In this document: piece after piece, positions 32,423 to 46,860 of the stretch
Position numbering within the stretch: the stretch's first letter is position 1
Layout of the letters: every line of letters starts with the position of its first letter
Virus record (IMG/VR): IMGVR_UViG_3300021254_000026
Span: 32,001 to 96,000 of that record
Source of the DNA: a virus
Lineage: Duplodnaviria; Caudoviricetes
Strand: one strand, 5' to 3'
Length of the DNA stretch: 64,000 nt
Made by a program: the position numbers and the translations under genes
Notes under the pieces: model-generated
What the model saw: only the letters and a program-made list of their open reading frames with translations
The model's database searches: none
Told to the model about the DNA's origin: nothing

Positions 32423-33111
32423 TGGGTATGTTTGAATTTGGTACACTTGCAACGAATGACTTTACTAGCTCTGCTAGCAGATCTTTGAAACCTTTTGGTA
32501 TTTATGAAGTTTCTTTAACTGATATATCTTTGAAAGATATTCAAGGTAAGAAAGATCCAAATGCTGTGTATCATACAATTCATTTGGAATTTACTGGTGA
32601 CGAAGGTACTTATCAAGAAAATCTTTTTATTCCATCTACTGAACAAGATGATACTAGACCAGTATTTAAAAATGCAGCAGGACACGAGTATCAAAGACCT
32701 TCTAGATTTGAAGAATATCAGTTTAAATTAATGCAAATAGTTGAAGCTATTAATCCAACAAGAGCAAAGAAAATTAAAGAAAATAGTTCTAAAATTAAAA
32801 CTGTTGAAACTTTTAACGATTTAATCATCAAAGCCCTTACTGGTAAATCTGATGTAAAAGTTAAGCTTAAGCTTGTTGGAAGGAATGTTAATGGAACTGT
32901 TTATGCACAACTTCCAAATGCTTGTGGATTAAATAAAGAAAACAAATTGTTTCCTATTAATTTTATTGGAAATGATTTATTCTTTAGTGCATACGAACAG
33001 CAACAGGCTGAACAATATAAAAATGCTAAACCTACAGTAATGAATAGTAGTGTTCTCGCATCTACTGATGAAGATTCTGATAGTTTAGATGTTTCTGACT
33101 TGGAGCTTTAA
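32422..33111 (+). CDS. Putative single-stranded DNA-binding protein
   Basis: OB-like beta pattern, acidic tail, located between the ATPase and primase. Confidence 0.55.
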   Translation: MGMFEFGTLATNDFTSSASRSLKPFGIYEVSLTDISLKDIQGKKDPNAVYHTIHLEFTGDEGTYQENLFIPSTEQDDTRPVFKNAAGHEYQRPSRFEEYQFKLMQIVEAINPTRAKKIKENSSKIKTVETFNDLIIKALTGKSDVKVKLKLVGRNVNGTVYAQLPNACGLNKENKLFPINFIGNDLFFSAYEQQQAEQYKNAKPTVMNSSVLASTDEDSDSLDVSDLEL

Positions 33112-33147
33112 TTTTGAAAATATTTAGATTCTTGATATAATTAAAGA

Positions 33148-34149
33148 ATGGAATTTAAATTTTTAGTAAAACCACAAATTACAAAAGAATATATTCTTTC
33201 TAAAGTAAGTCAAGAATCTATATTTAACTTCTATACTGGAATGGAGGTAACTAGTAAGAAATTACAGTTATCTCCATTTCGGGCTGATAATAAGGTTACA
33301 GTATCCTTTTATAGATCAAAGAATGATATAGTTTATCTTCATGACTTTGCTACGAATGAACATATTAGTTGTTTTCAGGCAGTTATGAAGTTATTCAATC
33401 TTAACTATTATCAAGCTCTTGATAAAATAGCTGCTGATTTTAAATTAACAGATAATTATTCACCAGATACACAAAGAATAGAGTTTCAACCAGAATTACA
33501 AGAGAATAAATCTTCTATAATTCAATGTCAGATTAAAGAATATACTGTAGAGGAATTAGAATGGTGGAAATCTTTTGGAATAAATCAAAAACTACTTAAG
33601 AAGTTTCATATATTCTCGATTAAACACGTATTTTTAAATGGAGATTTAAAATTTACTAGTTCTGATAAAAATCCAATTTATGGTTATTATTTTGGAAAAG
33701 ATAAGAATGGAAATGAACAATGGAAAATTTATTTTCCTTTAAGAACCGAATTTAGATTTTTAGGTAATCTTAAGAAAAAAGTTTTACAAGGCTATAAACA
33801 ATTGCCAAAAAAAGACGATTTATTAGTTATTACAAAAAGTATGAAAGATGTAGTTAGTATGTATGGATTTGGAATTAATGCTGTTGCCCCTAATTCTGAA
33901 ACATTGTTTATTTCTGATAAGCAACTTGAAGAATTTAAATCTAGATTTAAATACATTCTTGTTTTATACGATAATGATAGGCCCGGAAAACACAATCTTT
34001 GGAAAATTAGAAAAGATCATCCAGAATTAAACTATTTCTGTATGCCTAAAACATTAGAAAAAGATTTTACTGATACTATTGCTAAATACGGTGTAGAAAA
34101 AATGAGAGAATTAATTAATGATTTTAAATTAAATTATAAATTAAAATGA
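33148..34149 (+). CDS. DNA primase (Toprim)
   Basis: SPFRAD, HDFA, ITKSMKDV, YDNDRPG, KDFTD. Confidence 0.88.
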   Translation: MEFKFLVKPQITKEYILSKVSQESIFNFYTGMEVTSKKLQLSPFRADNKVTVSFYRSKNDIVYLHDFATNEHISCFQAVMKLFNLNYYQALDKIAADFKLTDNYSPDTQRIEFQPELQENKSSIIQCQIKEYTVEELEWWKSFGINQKLLKKFHIFSIKHVFLNGDLKFTSSDKNPIYGYYFGKDKNGNEQWKIYFPLRTEFRFLGNLKKKVLQGYKQLPKKDDLLVITKSMKDVVSMYGFGINAVAPNSETLFISDKQLEEFKSRFKYILVLYDNDRPGKHNLWKIRKDHPELNYFCMPKTLEKDFTDTIAKYGVEKMRELINDFKLNYKLK

Positions 34150-34437
34150 AACAAGATAACATAGATGGATGTGGGTGTTTATTGATGTTGTGGTTAATAT
34201 TTTTAATAATTTACTTTATTATTATATGAAAGTCTATATAGCTAAAGATTGGACAGGTGTTTGGGTATTTGCCAATCAACCTCATTTGTCAGAAAATTTT
34301 GGAGGAGTTCTCCCAACTTGGAATGGTCATAAATTAACTTTCTTTAAGTTAGCAGAAGATTGGAATGATAAATTAAAAATTAATACTTTTGATGAATTTA
34401 ATATTTGATGGAGTATAGGTAAAATTATAAAATAATT

Positions 34438-35579
34438 ATGTATAAAATATTTGCATCTATAGTCGATGATGAAACTAGAAAACAAGTAGAAGAACTATCA
34501 AAATCTGAGGCTTATTCAGATTGTGAAATTAGAGTAATGCCTGATTGTCATGCAGGAAAAGGATGTACAATTGGTAGTGTAATTCAAATTAAAGATAGAA
34601 TAGTACCAAATACAGTCGGAGTAGATATTGGATGTGGTATGCTCGTATGCGCTTTAGGTGATGTAGATATTAATTTAGAAGAATTAGATCATATTATAAA
34701 TACTAATATTCCATCTGGGTTTAATATCAGAGAAAATGCTTTAAAGTGTTTTTCTAAAAATTTTATTGCTGATGTACATGATTGGAGTTATATTCAAAAG
34801 TCCTTAGGAACTCTAGGGGGAGGTAATCATTTTATTGAACTTGATATTGATGAAAATAATAACAAGTATATTGTAATACATTCTGGAAGTAGAAATCTTG
34901 GAGTTCAAATATGTAATTATTGGCAAAATATAGCAATATCTAAGTTTGTCAGTAAAAAAGAAATAATTAATAACTTAATTAAATCTTTAAAAGAACAGGG
35001 AAGAGAAAAAGAAATCCAATCTGAATTAAAGAAATTACAACTTCCAAAAGTCAATGAGGATTTAGCATATTTAGAAGGAAAAGACTTAGAAAATTACTTA
35101 CATGATATGCAAATATGTCAGAAATTTGCTTCTGATAACAGAAAAGCAATGATGAATATAATTCTTCATGAGTTAAAACTATCTCCTATTTATACGTTTG
35201 AAACTATTCATAATTATTTAGATATTGAATCTAAAATAATTAGAAAGGGTGCTATTAGAGCTAATAAAGATGAAACAGTAATTATACCTATGAATATGCG
35301 TGACGGTTCATTAATTTGTATTGGAAAAGGTAATAAGGATTGGTTATATTCTGCTCCACACGGTGCTGGTAGAATTATGTCAAGAAAACAAGCTCTTGAG
35401 TCGATAGATATTAATGACTTTAAAAACAGTATGGATGGAATATACTCTACATCTATTTGTGAATCTACTAAAGATGAAGCTCCTATGGTTTATAAGCCAA
35501 TGGATGTAATAGTTGAAGATATAAAAGATACTGTTGAGATAATTAATGTTATTAAACCAATTTATAATTTTAAAGCTAA

Positions 35580-35583
<4 letters not shown>
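34438..35583 (+). CDS. rtcB: RtcB RNA ligase
   Basis: MPDCHAGKG, GVDIGCG, GTLGGGNHFIE, HSGSR, SAPHGAGR, DEAPMVYK. Confidence 0.95.
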
Positions 35584-37678
<2,095 letters not shown>

Positions 37679-37888
37679 ATATATATATTCTATTTGTCCT
37701 TCTGATGAATGGCCACAAATTAAAACTATAATGGCTACAGGAATTGAGGAAGCAGAAGAAAAAGTTATATCTAAATATAGTGAATATTATGATTTAAACG
37801 ATAATAACTGGGACTTCATACAGTTTAGAGACGAATTGAATGAACAAAGAATGGTGGTAATTAGTGATTTATACGATATAGAAGAATT

Positions 37889-38422
37889 ATGAAAAAACTC
37901 AGAATAGGTTCCGATCTTGACGATACTCTGAATGTTTGGTTTGATATATATGTAAAACGTTTTGGATTTCCTAAAAATGATTATGAAATTACAAAAAATT
38001 GTCAGCAAAAGCTTAGAAAGGATAAGGATTTTTGGATTAATCTCCCTGTGTTACATCGTCCTAATTTTAATGTACATCTTTACTGCACTAAAAGAACATC
38101 TAGTAAAGATTACGCAAAGAGATGGCTTGAAATAAACGGATTTAATGAAGCCCCTATATATCAGTGTTTTTATCAATATGGGAGTAAAGCTCCGCTTATT
38201 AAAGGAAAATGCGATTTATTTATTGATGATAGTCCTTCTAACTTTCTTGATTTAAATAGAAAAGGAATTCCTTGTTTACTGATGGACGGACCGCACAATA
38301 GACATTTAGGTGAGATCCTTAGAGTTTATTCAATGGATTATGATGAACTGTTTGAAACTTTTGTTTTAGGACAAGTTACGAACATATTCAAAGATTTTGA
38401 AATGTATTTTCCTAAAAATTAA
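37889..38422 (+). CDS. HAD-family 5'-nucleotidase-like protein
   Basis: DLDDTL, LFIDDS, PHN. Confidence 0.8.
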   Translation: MKKLRIGSDLDDTLNVWFDIYVKRFGFPKNDYEITKNCQQKLRKDKDFWINLPVLHRPNFNVHLYCTKRTSSKDYAKRWLEINGFNEAPIYQCFYQYGSKAPLIKGKCDLFIDDSPSNFLDLNRKGIPCLLMDGPHNRHLGEILRVYSMDYDELFETFVLGQVTNIFKDFEMYFPKN

Positions 38423-38674
38423 TTATGATATATAATTTACAAAAAGAAATATCTAGAGACATACTTGAAAACGGAGTGTATGAGTCTTTAAGTTCTCCTT
38501 TAAAGAATGAAGATTTTACAGAGTATAGTAAAAGAATTTGTAAAGAAATTGACGATTGCCCATATTTGTATTGTCCAGATTATAACTTATTAGTTCCAAT
38601 TAGTGAAGAATTAATATGTAATAATGATAGTGTATATGGCGAGTTAGCTAATTTGATTTACGAAAGATGGAATT

Positions 38675-39703
38675 ATGAAAATAGATTTTGATTTATCTAA
38701 AATTAAAATAACTCCTTTGTTAGAAACTTTAGTTCTTGAAGATATAAGTGATAATGACTATTTTTCAGAAAAATATTCAGATAGAATATCTAATTCTAGA
38801 CTAGGATTACTTAAATCTAAAGGGGCTAAAGCTTTTTTTAATAATGAGAAATTAGGATTTAATAGTTCATTTCAATTTGGGGGAGATCTTCACGCTCTTA
38901 TACTTCAACCAGAATCTTTTGAACTAATAGAAGGAGTAAATAAACCTACTGCAAAAGCGGGATTAGTTGCAGATTGGCTTTATAAAGGAGAAGAAACTTT
39001 TCCTTCAGATGATGATATTAAAGTTGCATCTATTAAGTGTTCTTATTATAAAGATAAATTAACTCAAAAGAGAATTGATGAATTTAGGCAAAAAGCAGAA
39101 CCTTATTGGAAGCAAAGATTTATATATGAAATGAATAATCCTAAATCCGATAAAATTAGAATTTATACAGATGAAAAGAGTCAGAATTTATTAAAATTTT
39201 GTATGGAATCTATAAATTCTAATGAACAAATACAGGAACTTTTACATCCTTCTGGATTGATAGAAGATCCATATTCTACTTGTGAAAAGACAATTTTAAT
39301 GGATATACAAGTAGAAATTCCAGGATATGATCCTGTAATATATAAGTTTAAATCTAAACTTGATAATTTTACAATAGATAAAGAAAATAATGTTATTACA
39401 GTTAACGATTTAAAAACTACATCTAGATTAGCTAAAGATTTTAAAGAAGTCATAGATTATTATTCATATAATAGAGAAATAGCTATCTATTCTTGGTTGT
39501 TGTCATATTGTTCTAAAAAGTTTTTTAATATGAATAATGCTACAATTAAAGGAAATTTTTTAGTAGTATCAACAATTCCTGAATACGATACTGCCGTTTA
39601 TCCTATGACTCCAGAATTATTTAGAAGAGGATTTAAAGAGTTTGTATATTTAATGAGAGTTGTAGCTTATTTAAATATTATAAAAGGTTATAAATTTAGT
39701 TAA
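38675..39703 (+). CDS. PD-(D/E)XK exonuclease (RecE/DUF3799-like)
   Basis: SNSRL, H.LILQP, KLDN, DLKTT, Y.REIAIY. Confidence 0.8.
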   Translation: MKIDFDLSKIKITPLLETLVLEDISDNDYFSEKYSDRISNSRLGLLKSKGAKAFFNNEKLGFNSSFQFGGDLHALILQPESFELIEGVNKPTAKAGLVADWLYKGEETFPSDDDIKVASIKCSYYKDKLTQKRIDEFRQKAEPYWKQRFIYEMNNPKSDKIRIYTDEKSQNLLKFCMESINSNEQIQELLHPSGLIEDPYSTCEKTILMDIQVEIPGYDPVIYKFKSKLDNFTIDKENNVITVNDLKTTSRLAKDFKEVIDYYSYNREIAIYSWLLSYCSKKFFNMNNATIKGNFLVVSTIPEYDTAVYPMTPELFRRGFKEFVYLMRVVAYLNIIKGYKFS

Positions 39704-40196
39704 TATGTTATTTGAAGATTTAAATAATCTTTATAAACAAAATTTTTCTTTAGGCTATTTAGGTAAGTCTATTGAGAATAAGTTGGCTTTAATTAGTTTA
39801 ATTTGTTATGTTACATATAAATATAGACTTAAGAAGCCAGATGTAACTTATTATCAAGTTATAATGAAAATATGTGATGGATTAGGTTTCTCAGAAGACC
39901 TAATAAAAGCTCTTGCAATAATTTGTGAGGATTTTGGATATATGTGTACTGAATTTCCAACTTTTGGATTAAAAGGAAATGAAGTTATAAACAAGATCCG
40001 AGAATTATTGAACAACTATTTACCTTTTTAATGAGATTTTGTCTCATTAAAATTTTTTAAAATTTTTCTTAAAATCATTTTGATTTTTTTATCAAGATGA
40101 TATATTAATATTACGATTTCCCAATGAGGGAAATTTAAGTTTATTATTTAAATAAATTAGATACTTATGAAAATGAATTAAATGTGAATTATTATT

Positions 40197-40733
40197 ATGG
40201 AAAACAAAATTTTTAGAAAACTCGAAGTTGTTGGTACTACCAAAGATGAAGCTATTGAAAATGCACCCTTTAAGCTCCGTGTAAACGCTACTCAAGCTTA
40301 TGAAAAGTGGCGCAAGTCTGCAAAAGACGTCAGCGATGCTGCTGTATCTGAATGGATGAAGGAGTATTTGAAGACTAAGAAGTTTAATACTGCTGGCGAT
40401 GGTGCATATATCGTAATTCAGTCTCCTGTAGGCGATACTCGTAAGCGTCCTTATCAAGTAGAAAAGATCAAGCATGATGCTAAGACTCATACTCCTCAGT
40501 TGATGTATGTAGTTCGTGATGCAGCTGGTCAAGTAATTGCTACTGAAAAGAAGAGTGTTGACGCTCTCAACGCAGCTAAAGAATTTACTACCGACATGCG
40601 TGAGGACGCTTATGTTAAGAGAGAAGGCGTAATTAAGGAAGGTAATGATCTTTACGCAATAGTACACTATACTCCTAGTAAGGGTACTCAAAATGCAATT
40701 CTCTTGTGCTTTGGTTATATCGACGTTGACTAA
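40197..40733 (+). CDS. Hypothetical protein, probably highly expressed
   Basis: Biased codons (CGT, GCT, AAG); own promoter and terminator. Confidence 0.75.
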   Translation: MENKIFRKLEVVGTTKDEAIENAPFKLRVNATQAYEKWRKSAKDVSDAAVSEWMKEYLKTKKFNTAGDGAYIVIQSPVGDTRKRPYQVEKIKHDAKTHTPQLMYVVRDAAGQVIATEKKSVDALNAAKEFTTDMREDAYVKREGVIKEGNDLYAIVHYTPSKGTQNAILLCFGYIDVD

Positions 40734-40755
40734 TAGAGTTTTCTATTAATATATT

Positions 40756-40797
40756 GAATAGGTGGGCAATTAAATTTGTCCACCTATTCTTATTTTA
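40756..40797 (+). terminator. Rho-independent terminator
   Basis: GAATAGGTGGGCAA/TTGTCCACCTATTC stem + T-rich tail. Confidence 0.8.
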
Positions 40798-40832
40798 TAA
40801 GTTATTAAATCGAATTATTAAAACATTGAAAA

Positions 40833-42344
40833 ATGAGTAATCCAATTTCGAAAAATAAAATTAAAGAAATAATTAAAGAATTAAAAAATACCAAAGCTGA
40901 ATCTTTGTCAGACGCAGCAAAGAAAAACGGGCACACAATAAGTTATTATAGTTCACTAATTTATAAAGCCAAGAAGTATTTTAGTGGAACTGATTTATTG
41001 AATGAATTACTTGAAGTAACATCTAATTTTAATCAAAAATCTAAAGTAAGTCAAGATATTGAAACAGACGATAGAGCTGTTACCGAAGTAGAACGCGATG
41101 AAAATGGAAATATTCAGTATTATACGTTTGAAATCTTTAGAAAAAATAATCCTACATTAAGAGGAAAACTTTCTCGTTCTGAAATGGAAACAATTTATAG
41201 ATTATATTCTATTTATGGTGCAAATCTTACTCAGAAAATTGTTTCCAGAGAGTTTCCTCAATATACCTTTGTAGAATTTAAACGGATTCTTCACGCTTTT
41301 AATATTTATAAAAGTGATTCTGAATTTCCTCTTCACATGATTGAAGAAAAATCTGAGGAAGATCTTATTAATTTACATAATAAGAATAAAGAGAACAATC
41401 TCCTTAGAAAATTAGAAAAGAATGAACTCCGTGATACTCAGAAATTACTTGAAAAAATATATAAAGAAAATCAAGAACTTAAAGAACAGTCTGGAGTTTG
41501 GGAATTTGAGATTACAAATAATGTTACTCCTGTATATTCAAACGAATTTATTAAATCCGATAACGATTTAATATTGTATCTTTCTGATCTCCATATAGGA
41601 GCAACTCTTGAATCTGGTGCATTAACAGATTTTAATTGGGATGAACAAGAATTAGAAAGAAGACTTTTTGCTCTTATCAATAAAATTAAAGACTTCGGAA
41701 AACTTGATAATCTTGTAATTTGTTTACTTGGTGATTCTCTTGATGGAATGGATAGAATGACTGCTAGACGAGATCACGTAATGCCTCAGAATATGGATAA
41801 TCGCCAACAATATAATATATTTATTAACAAAATGATTAAATTTATTGGAGGGTGTATCGGATTAGCAAATCATATTAAAATTTACGCTGTTCCAGGAGGT
41901 AATCATGATGGAGATTTTGGATATGTTGCTCATAGTGCATTAGGATATGCTATTGGAGTTAAATTTCCAGAAGTTGAATATACTTTGTTTGATAAATTCT
42001 TTGGACATTTCGCTTTTAAGAATCATAACTTCCTTATCTGTCATGGTAAAGATAAGCAGTTTATGAAGAAGCCTCTTCCTCTTCATCTTAACGACAAGGT
42101 TTCCGACTGGATTAAAGATTTTATTATTGATGAAGATATTCCTACAAGAAATCTTCATGTAGTAAAGGGCGACTTACATACCGAAGCCTATGATGATTGT
42201 CGACAATTTGATTATAGAAATGTACTAAGCTTATTTGGAAGCTCTGATTATTCTCTTTATAATTTTAGAAGAAATAATTATGGAGTTTCTTATGATTTAT
42301 TTATAAACAATAATTTAGTTCGTGGAACATTTCAAGACTTTTAA
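40833..42344 (+). CDS. Calcineurin-like metallophosphoesterase with long N-terminal domain
   Basis: SDLHIG, LGDSLDG, GNHD, CHG, GDLH. Confidence 0.85.
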   Translation: MSNPISKNKIKEIIKELKNTKAESLSDAAKKNGHTISYYSSLIYKAKKYFSGTDLLNELLEVTSNFNQKSKVSQDIETDDRAVTEVERDENGNIQYYTFEIFRKNNPTLRGKLSRSEMETIYRLYSIYGANLTQKIVSREFPQYTFVEFKRILHAFNIYKSDSEFPLHMIEEKSEEDLINLHNKNKENNLLRKLEKNELRDTQKLLEKIYKENQELKEQSGVWEFEITNNVTPVYSNEFIKSDNDLILYLSDLHIGATLESGALTDFNWDEQELERRLFALINKIKDFGKLDNLVICLLGDSLDGMDRMTARRDHVMPQNMDNRQQYNIFINKMIKFIGGCIGLANHIKIYAVPGGNHDGDFGYVAHSALGYAIGVKFPEVEYTLFDKFFGHFAFKNHNFLICHGKDKQFMKKPLPLHLNDKVSDWIKDFIIDEDIPTRNLHVVKGDLHTEAYDDCRQFDYRNVLSLFGSSDYSLYNFRRNNYGVSYDLFINNNLVRGTFQDF

Positions 42345-43357
42345 TTATGACTAGACACGAAGTATTAGAACAAGCTTGTGCCCAGTGTATGAAGGAACTA
42401 TATGAATATGTAGTTCCTCATATAACTTGGAATCAATTTAAGAAGGAATGTGAAGAATATTCTAAGCGGTATAAGGAGTGGGAATCTAAATGTAACAATG
42501 AATGGAAAGGAAAATCCATTACTGAATGCATTGGACCAAAACCGTATGAGTTTTATTATCTTCCTAAAGAAATTCTAGACGATATTTGTAACTCTTATAT
42601 TTATGCATATAAGTTAAATGCAAAACAAGAATTACTTGATACCATTTGTGTATTAAAAAATTATTGTAAAAAACCGATAGTTGATAAATATATTGAAGGA
42701 GAATTGCGCGAAGATGGAACTAGATGGCCTGGACATAGAGGTTATGATCATCCTGATAATTTAGCTGTTCAAGTAAATGATATATTAAACAATAAACATC
42801 CAGAAACAGAACTTGTTGTAAATAAATTCTTTGAGTTTCTTGATATGGCTGGAAATTTCTTTAACTGGAATAGAGATTTAAATAGTTTTAATGTGACTGT
42901 TTATCTTGGTCCAAGTCCAAACTCTAACAAGGAAGCAGTTATTAAAAATTGGAAGAAATATAGGAATCAAGATATTGAGATAGACGAAAACAAAATTAAA
43001 GAAAATTATTATGGAGAAGAAATTGACGATTAGTGACATATTTTACTTTGTCAATCAAGCAATGGAACGTGATGTTGTTTTAAAGTCGGAACATTATACA
43101 CTGGTAGAAAGTAAAGATTTTTGGATTAAACATAAAGATTTTGATATAATATGTAATTATACTGATAAAAAAATTATTGTGCAAAATAGAAAAAATAATG
43201 TAACAAAATTAGATGTTACTGATATGGACATTGCTCAATTCAAGGTTCTTTGGGAAAAAGTTAAACAGTATTCTGAAAATATGCTTTGTAACAAATTCTT
43301 AAAGTATTTCACATCTGAAGATAATACAATTAAAACAATAGACCAAATTGATGATTA

Positions 43358-44140
43358 ATGGAAATTATAATCAATGAACTTTTAGAGGGAAGAGCTACTA
43401 GAATAAAGGATAGAGATTATTTTGCTACTAAAGCATATGTAGAACCCTTTTTAGAAAGAGCTAACAAATATACTGATAATTTTAAAGTAAAAGTTGAATT
43501 ACCAAATCAAGTAACATATACTCAAGATGGTAATATAAATACTGAAGATATTACTTATAATAGAGTATGGATTCAGGGACTACTTCCAGAAATGTATGAT
43601 GTTGATGGAGTTCAACAGGTACTTGGAATGGTATATGGATTAGATGTAAGAAAACCTGTATTTAAAGTTTACACTGGAGGTCTTGATACAGCTTGTACTA
43701 ATTTGTGTATATTTAATCCAAATATGTTAAATTGTCAGGAAATTCAACCTGAAACAGCAGTGGACTTTAGACCTGTTGATAACATTATGAAACAAACAGA
43801 TGATGTTCAAATGTGGCTTCATAAACTTATTGATACAGAGTTTAATTGTGAAAATTCTATGGTAAATGAATCTCTCGGAAGATGGATTCGAAATTGTATG
43901 GAATATTCTTACGATACAGGATTTGGAAAAGTAAAACTTGCAACATCTATTCCAATTGAAGCATATAAACTTTTATTTGAAAAAGATGATAGTCGTTATA
44001 ATGTAAATCGAAAAAATGTACCATCTATGTTCGATGTATATGGTGCATTTACTCAAGTAATCACAGATAATTTGAAAAAAGATATTATGAATCAGACTGA
44101 AAAAACTCTTCTCTTAAAGTCGATTCTTGACTTAAATTAA
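43358..44140 (+). CDS. DUF932-like protein
   Basis: KVYTGG...ACTNLCIF...FDVYGAFTQ. Confidence 0.6.
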   Translation: MEIIINELLEGRATRIKDRDYFATKAYVEPFLERANKYTDNFKVKVELPNQVTYTQDGNINTEDITYNRVWIQGLLPEMYDVDGVQQVLGMVYGLDVRKPVFKVYTGGLDTACTNLCIFNPNMLNCQEIQPETAVDFRPVDNIMKQTDDVQMWLHKLIDTEFNCENSMVNESLGRWIRNCMEYSYDTGFGKVKLATSIPIEAYKLLFEKDDSRYNVNRKNVPSMFDVYGAFTQVITDNLKKDIMNQTEKTLLLKSILDLN

Positions 44141-44233
44141 ATTTTGATTAATACAGTTTAACAGATATAATTATAGTCTATACACTTAATAAAAGTGAGA
44201 TTATAAATTATATTTGTTAAACTTTTTATTTTT

Positions 44234-46489
44234 ATGACAGTAAATGAATGGTTAAATGGAAATGAGTTATCTATAGATATTTGGAAAAATAAATATAGAT
44301 ATAAAGATGAATCTTTAAATGAATGGTTCAATAGGGTTAGTAGCAACAATCCATTGATTAAAAGACTTCTTCAAGAAAAGAAGTTTTTGTTTGGAGGACG
44401 TACTTTATCTAATGTTAATACAGATAAATCTGGAAGTTATTCAAATTGTTATTCTCACGGATATGTTCCAGATTCATTAGAAGGAATAATGGAAGTTGCT
44501 AATAATATTGCACTGACATTTAAAGCTCAAGGTGGACAAGGAGTATCATTATCTAAAATCAGACCTAAAGGTGCTTTAATCAAAGGACAATTTGAATCAG
44601 ATGGAATAGTTCCGTTCATGGAAATATTTAATACTGTAACCTCTAGTATATCACAAGGAGGTTCTCGTAAAGGCGCATTAATGATGTCTATTGATATCTG
44701 GCATCCAGAAGCAGCTAAATTTATTACAATTAAATCTGATTTAAATAAAATCAATAAAGCAAATTTATCTTTGGAAATTAATGATGCATTTATGACTGCT
44801 GTAGAAAAAGGAGTAACAGAACTACATAAGACATTTGAATATGAAGGTGGTTCTTTTGAATATACTGTTAATCCTGTTGAATTATTTAATTTGATTTGCG
44901 AACAAGCATGGAATTATGCTGAACCTGGGATATTATATACACAGCGTCTTAGAAACTATAATCTGATGCAGTATTGTGATGATTATCAAGTTGAAACTAC
45001 AAATCCCTGCGGTGAACAACCACTTTGTAAACATGGAGCTTGTAACTTATGTTCCATAAATATATCAGAATATGTAAATAATCCTTTTACTAAAAATGCT
45101 TCGTTTAATTATTCAGAATTAAAAGAAGATATTCCTGGTATAGTAAAAGCAATGGATGATATTCTTGAAAAGAATCTAAATAATCACGCATTAAAAGAAC
45201 AGAAGGAAGCTGCTCAAAATTATCGTAATATTGGTATTGGTATTATGGGATTATCAGATTGTCTCGTTAAACTTGGATATAAATATGGGAGTCCTGAAGC
45301 TGTAGGCTTTTGTAAGAATTTAATGAAGCATCTTTTCAGAGAGTCTGTATTTGCTAGTGTTGCTTTGGCGCAAGAAAGAGGTAGTTTTCCTAAATATTCT
45401 AGTAAAGTTTGGGATTCTGATATTATTAGAAATGCTTTTAACGATGAAGAAATAGAGCAGTTAAGAGAATTGAACTGTCTGAGAAATTGTTCTTTATTAA
45501 GTATTGCTCCAACTGGGTCGATAGGAACAATGCTTAATGTATCTACTGGTTGTGAACCTTTCTTTATGCTTTCTTATACTCGTAAGACTGAGTCTTTAAA
45601 CGGAAAAGAATCTTATTATGAAGTAGAAGTTCCAATAGTACAAGAATATAAATCTATTACTGGAAATGTTAAACTTCCAGATTATTTTGTAACATCTAAT
45701 AATATTGGATGGAAAGAAAGAGTAGATATGCAGTCCGCATTACAAGAGTTTTGTGATACTGCTATTAGTTCTACTGTAAATCTCCCAGAATCTGCTACTA
45801 TCGAAGACGTTAAAAATCTTTATTTGTATGCTTGGCATAAAGGATTAAAAGGAATTACGATTTTTAGAAATAATTGTAAGAGATTGGGTATTCTTACAGA
45901 AAAACCTAAAGAAGAAATAGTTCAACTTGAAGCAAGTCATGATGAACTTCCAAGAGGATTTATAGTTAAAGCTGGTGATGATTGTATTGGGTTGAAACGA
46001 ACTTTGACTACGGGTTGTGGTACGTTACATTGTACTGCATATTTCCATCCTCAAACTGGAGAATTACTTGAAACATATCTTTCTAAAGGTTCAAAAGGTG
46101 GATGTCAGAACTTTATGGTAGGATTAAGTCGTATGATTAGTCTTGCTGCAAGAGGAGGACTTCCTTTAGAAGCAATTCTCGATCAATTAAAATCTTGTGG
46201 CACTTGTCCATCTTATGCTGTGCGTTCAGCAACTAAAAAAGATACATCTTTAGGTAGTTGTTGTCCAATTGCAGTAGGTAATGCTTTGAAAGACATGTAT
46301 AATGAAATGCAAGAAAGATTGAAAAATTGTGTTCCTGACCAAAGAGAAAAAAGAAATGTTAAAATGTCAAATTTTAAACCACAAGATACAACTGAATTAG
46401 AAGAGTGTCCAGAATGTCATCATAAAACTTTGATACATTCCGGGGGTTGTGTTCAATGTATCGACTGTGGTTGGTCTAAATGTAATTAA
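44234..46489 (+). CDS. nrdJ: Class II (AdoCbl-dependent) ribonucleotide reductase with TSCPD-like C terminus
   Basis: SNC, GGQG, TNPCGEQPL, IAPTGSI, AISSTVN, KGITIFR; C-terminal CPEC/CIDC; no beta subunit seen. Confidence 0.92.
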   Translation: MTVNEWLNGNELSIDIWKNKYRYKDESLNEWFNRVSSNNPLIKRLLQEKKFLFGGRTLSNVNTDKSGSYSNCYSHGYVPDSLEGIMEVANNIALTFKAQGGQGVSLSKIRPKGALIKGQFESDGIVPFMEIFNTVTSSISQGGSRKGALMMSIDIWHPEAAKFITIKSDLNKINKANLSLEINDAFMTAVEKGVTELHKTFEYEGGSFEYTVNPVELFNLICEQAWNYAEPGILYTQRLRNYNLMQYCDDYQVETTNPCGEQPLCKHGACNLCSINISEYVNNPFTKNASFNYSELKEDIPGIVKAMDDILEKNLNNHALKEQKEAAQNYRNIGIGIMGLSDCLVKLGYKYGSPEAVGFCKNLMKHLFRESVFASVALAQERGSFPKYSSKVWDSDIIRNAFNDEEIEQLRELNCLRNCSLLSIAPTGSIGTMLNVSTGCEPFFMLSYTRKTESLNGKESYYEVEVPIVQEYKSITGNVKLPDYFVTSNNIGWKERVDMQSALQEFCDTAISSTVNLPESATIEDVKNLYLYAWHKGLKGITIFRNNCKRLGILTEKPKEEIVQLEASHDELPRGFIVKAGDDCIGLKRTLTTGCGTLHCTAYFHPQTGELLETYLSKGSKGGCQNFMVGLSRMISLAARGGLPLEAILDQLKSCGTCPSYAVRSATKKDTSLGSCCPIAVGNALKDMYNEMQERLKNCVPDQREKRNVKMSNFKPQDTTELEECPECHHKTLIHSGGCVQCIDCGWSKCN

Positions 46490-46860
46490 TTATGAAATAT
46501 ATAGTAGAAACTAACGAAACAAATACATATCTTGAAACTTATAAATATATTGTTGAAGCAGAATCTGAAGAAGAAGCTGAAAATAAAGTAAGAGATTCGG
46601 ATTATGATGATGCAGAATTAATAGAACAGAATTATGAATCTGGAAATCTTGATGAAATTGTAAATATAGAAGAAGTATGAAATATATAGTAAGAACGCTA
46701 GAGTCTGTAATGGGACATAGAGTTATTGATAATTATGTAGAAGCAGATTCCAAAGAAGAAGCTATCAAAGCTTTTAAGTATAGAGATGTGGAAGATTATG
46801 ATGTTTATGACGAAGACGTAGAATGTGACGTTGAAGAAATTTTAGAAGTGAAACCTTACA

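Noticed and set aside
40092-40691. 199-aa - strand ORF and other short antisense ORFs in the track
   Set aside because: Shadows of well-supported genes on the opposite strand
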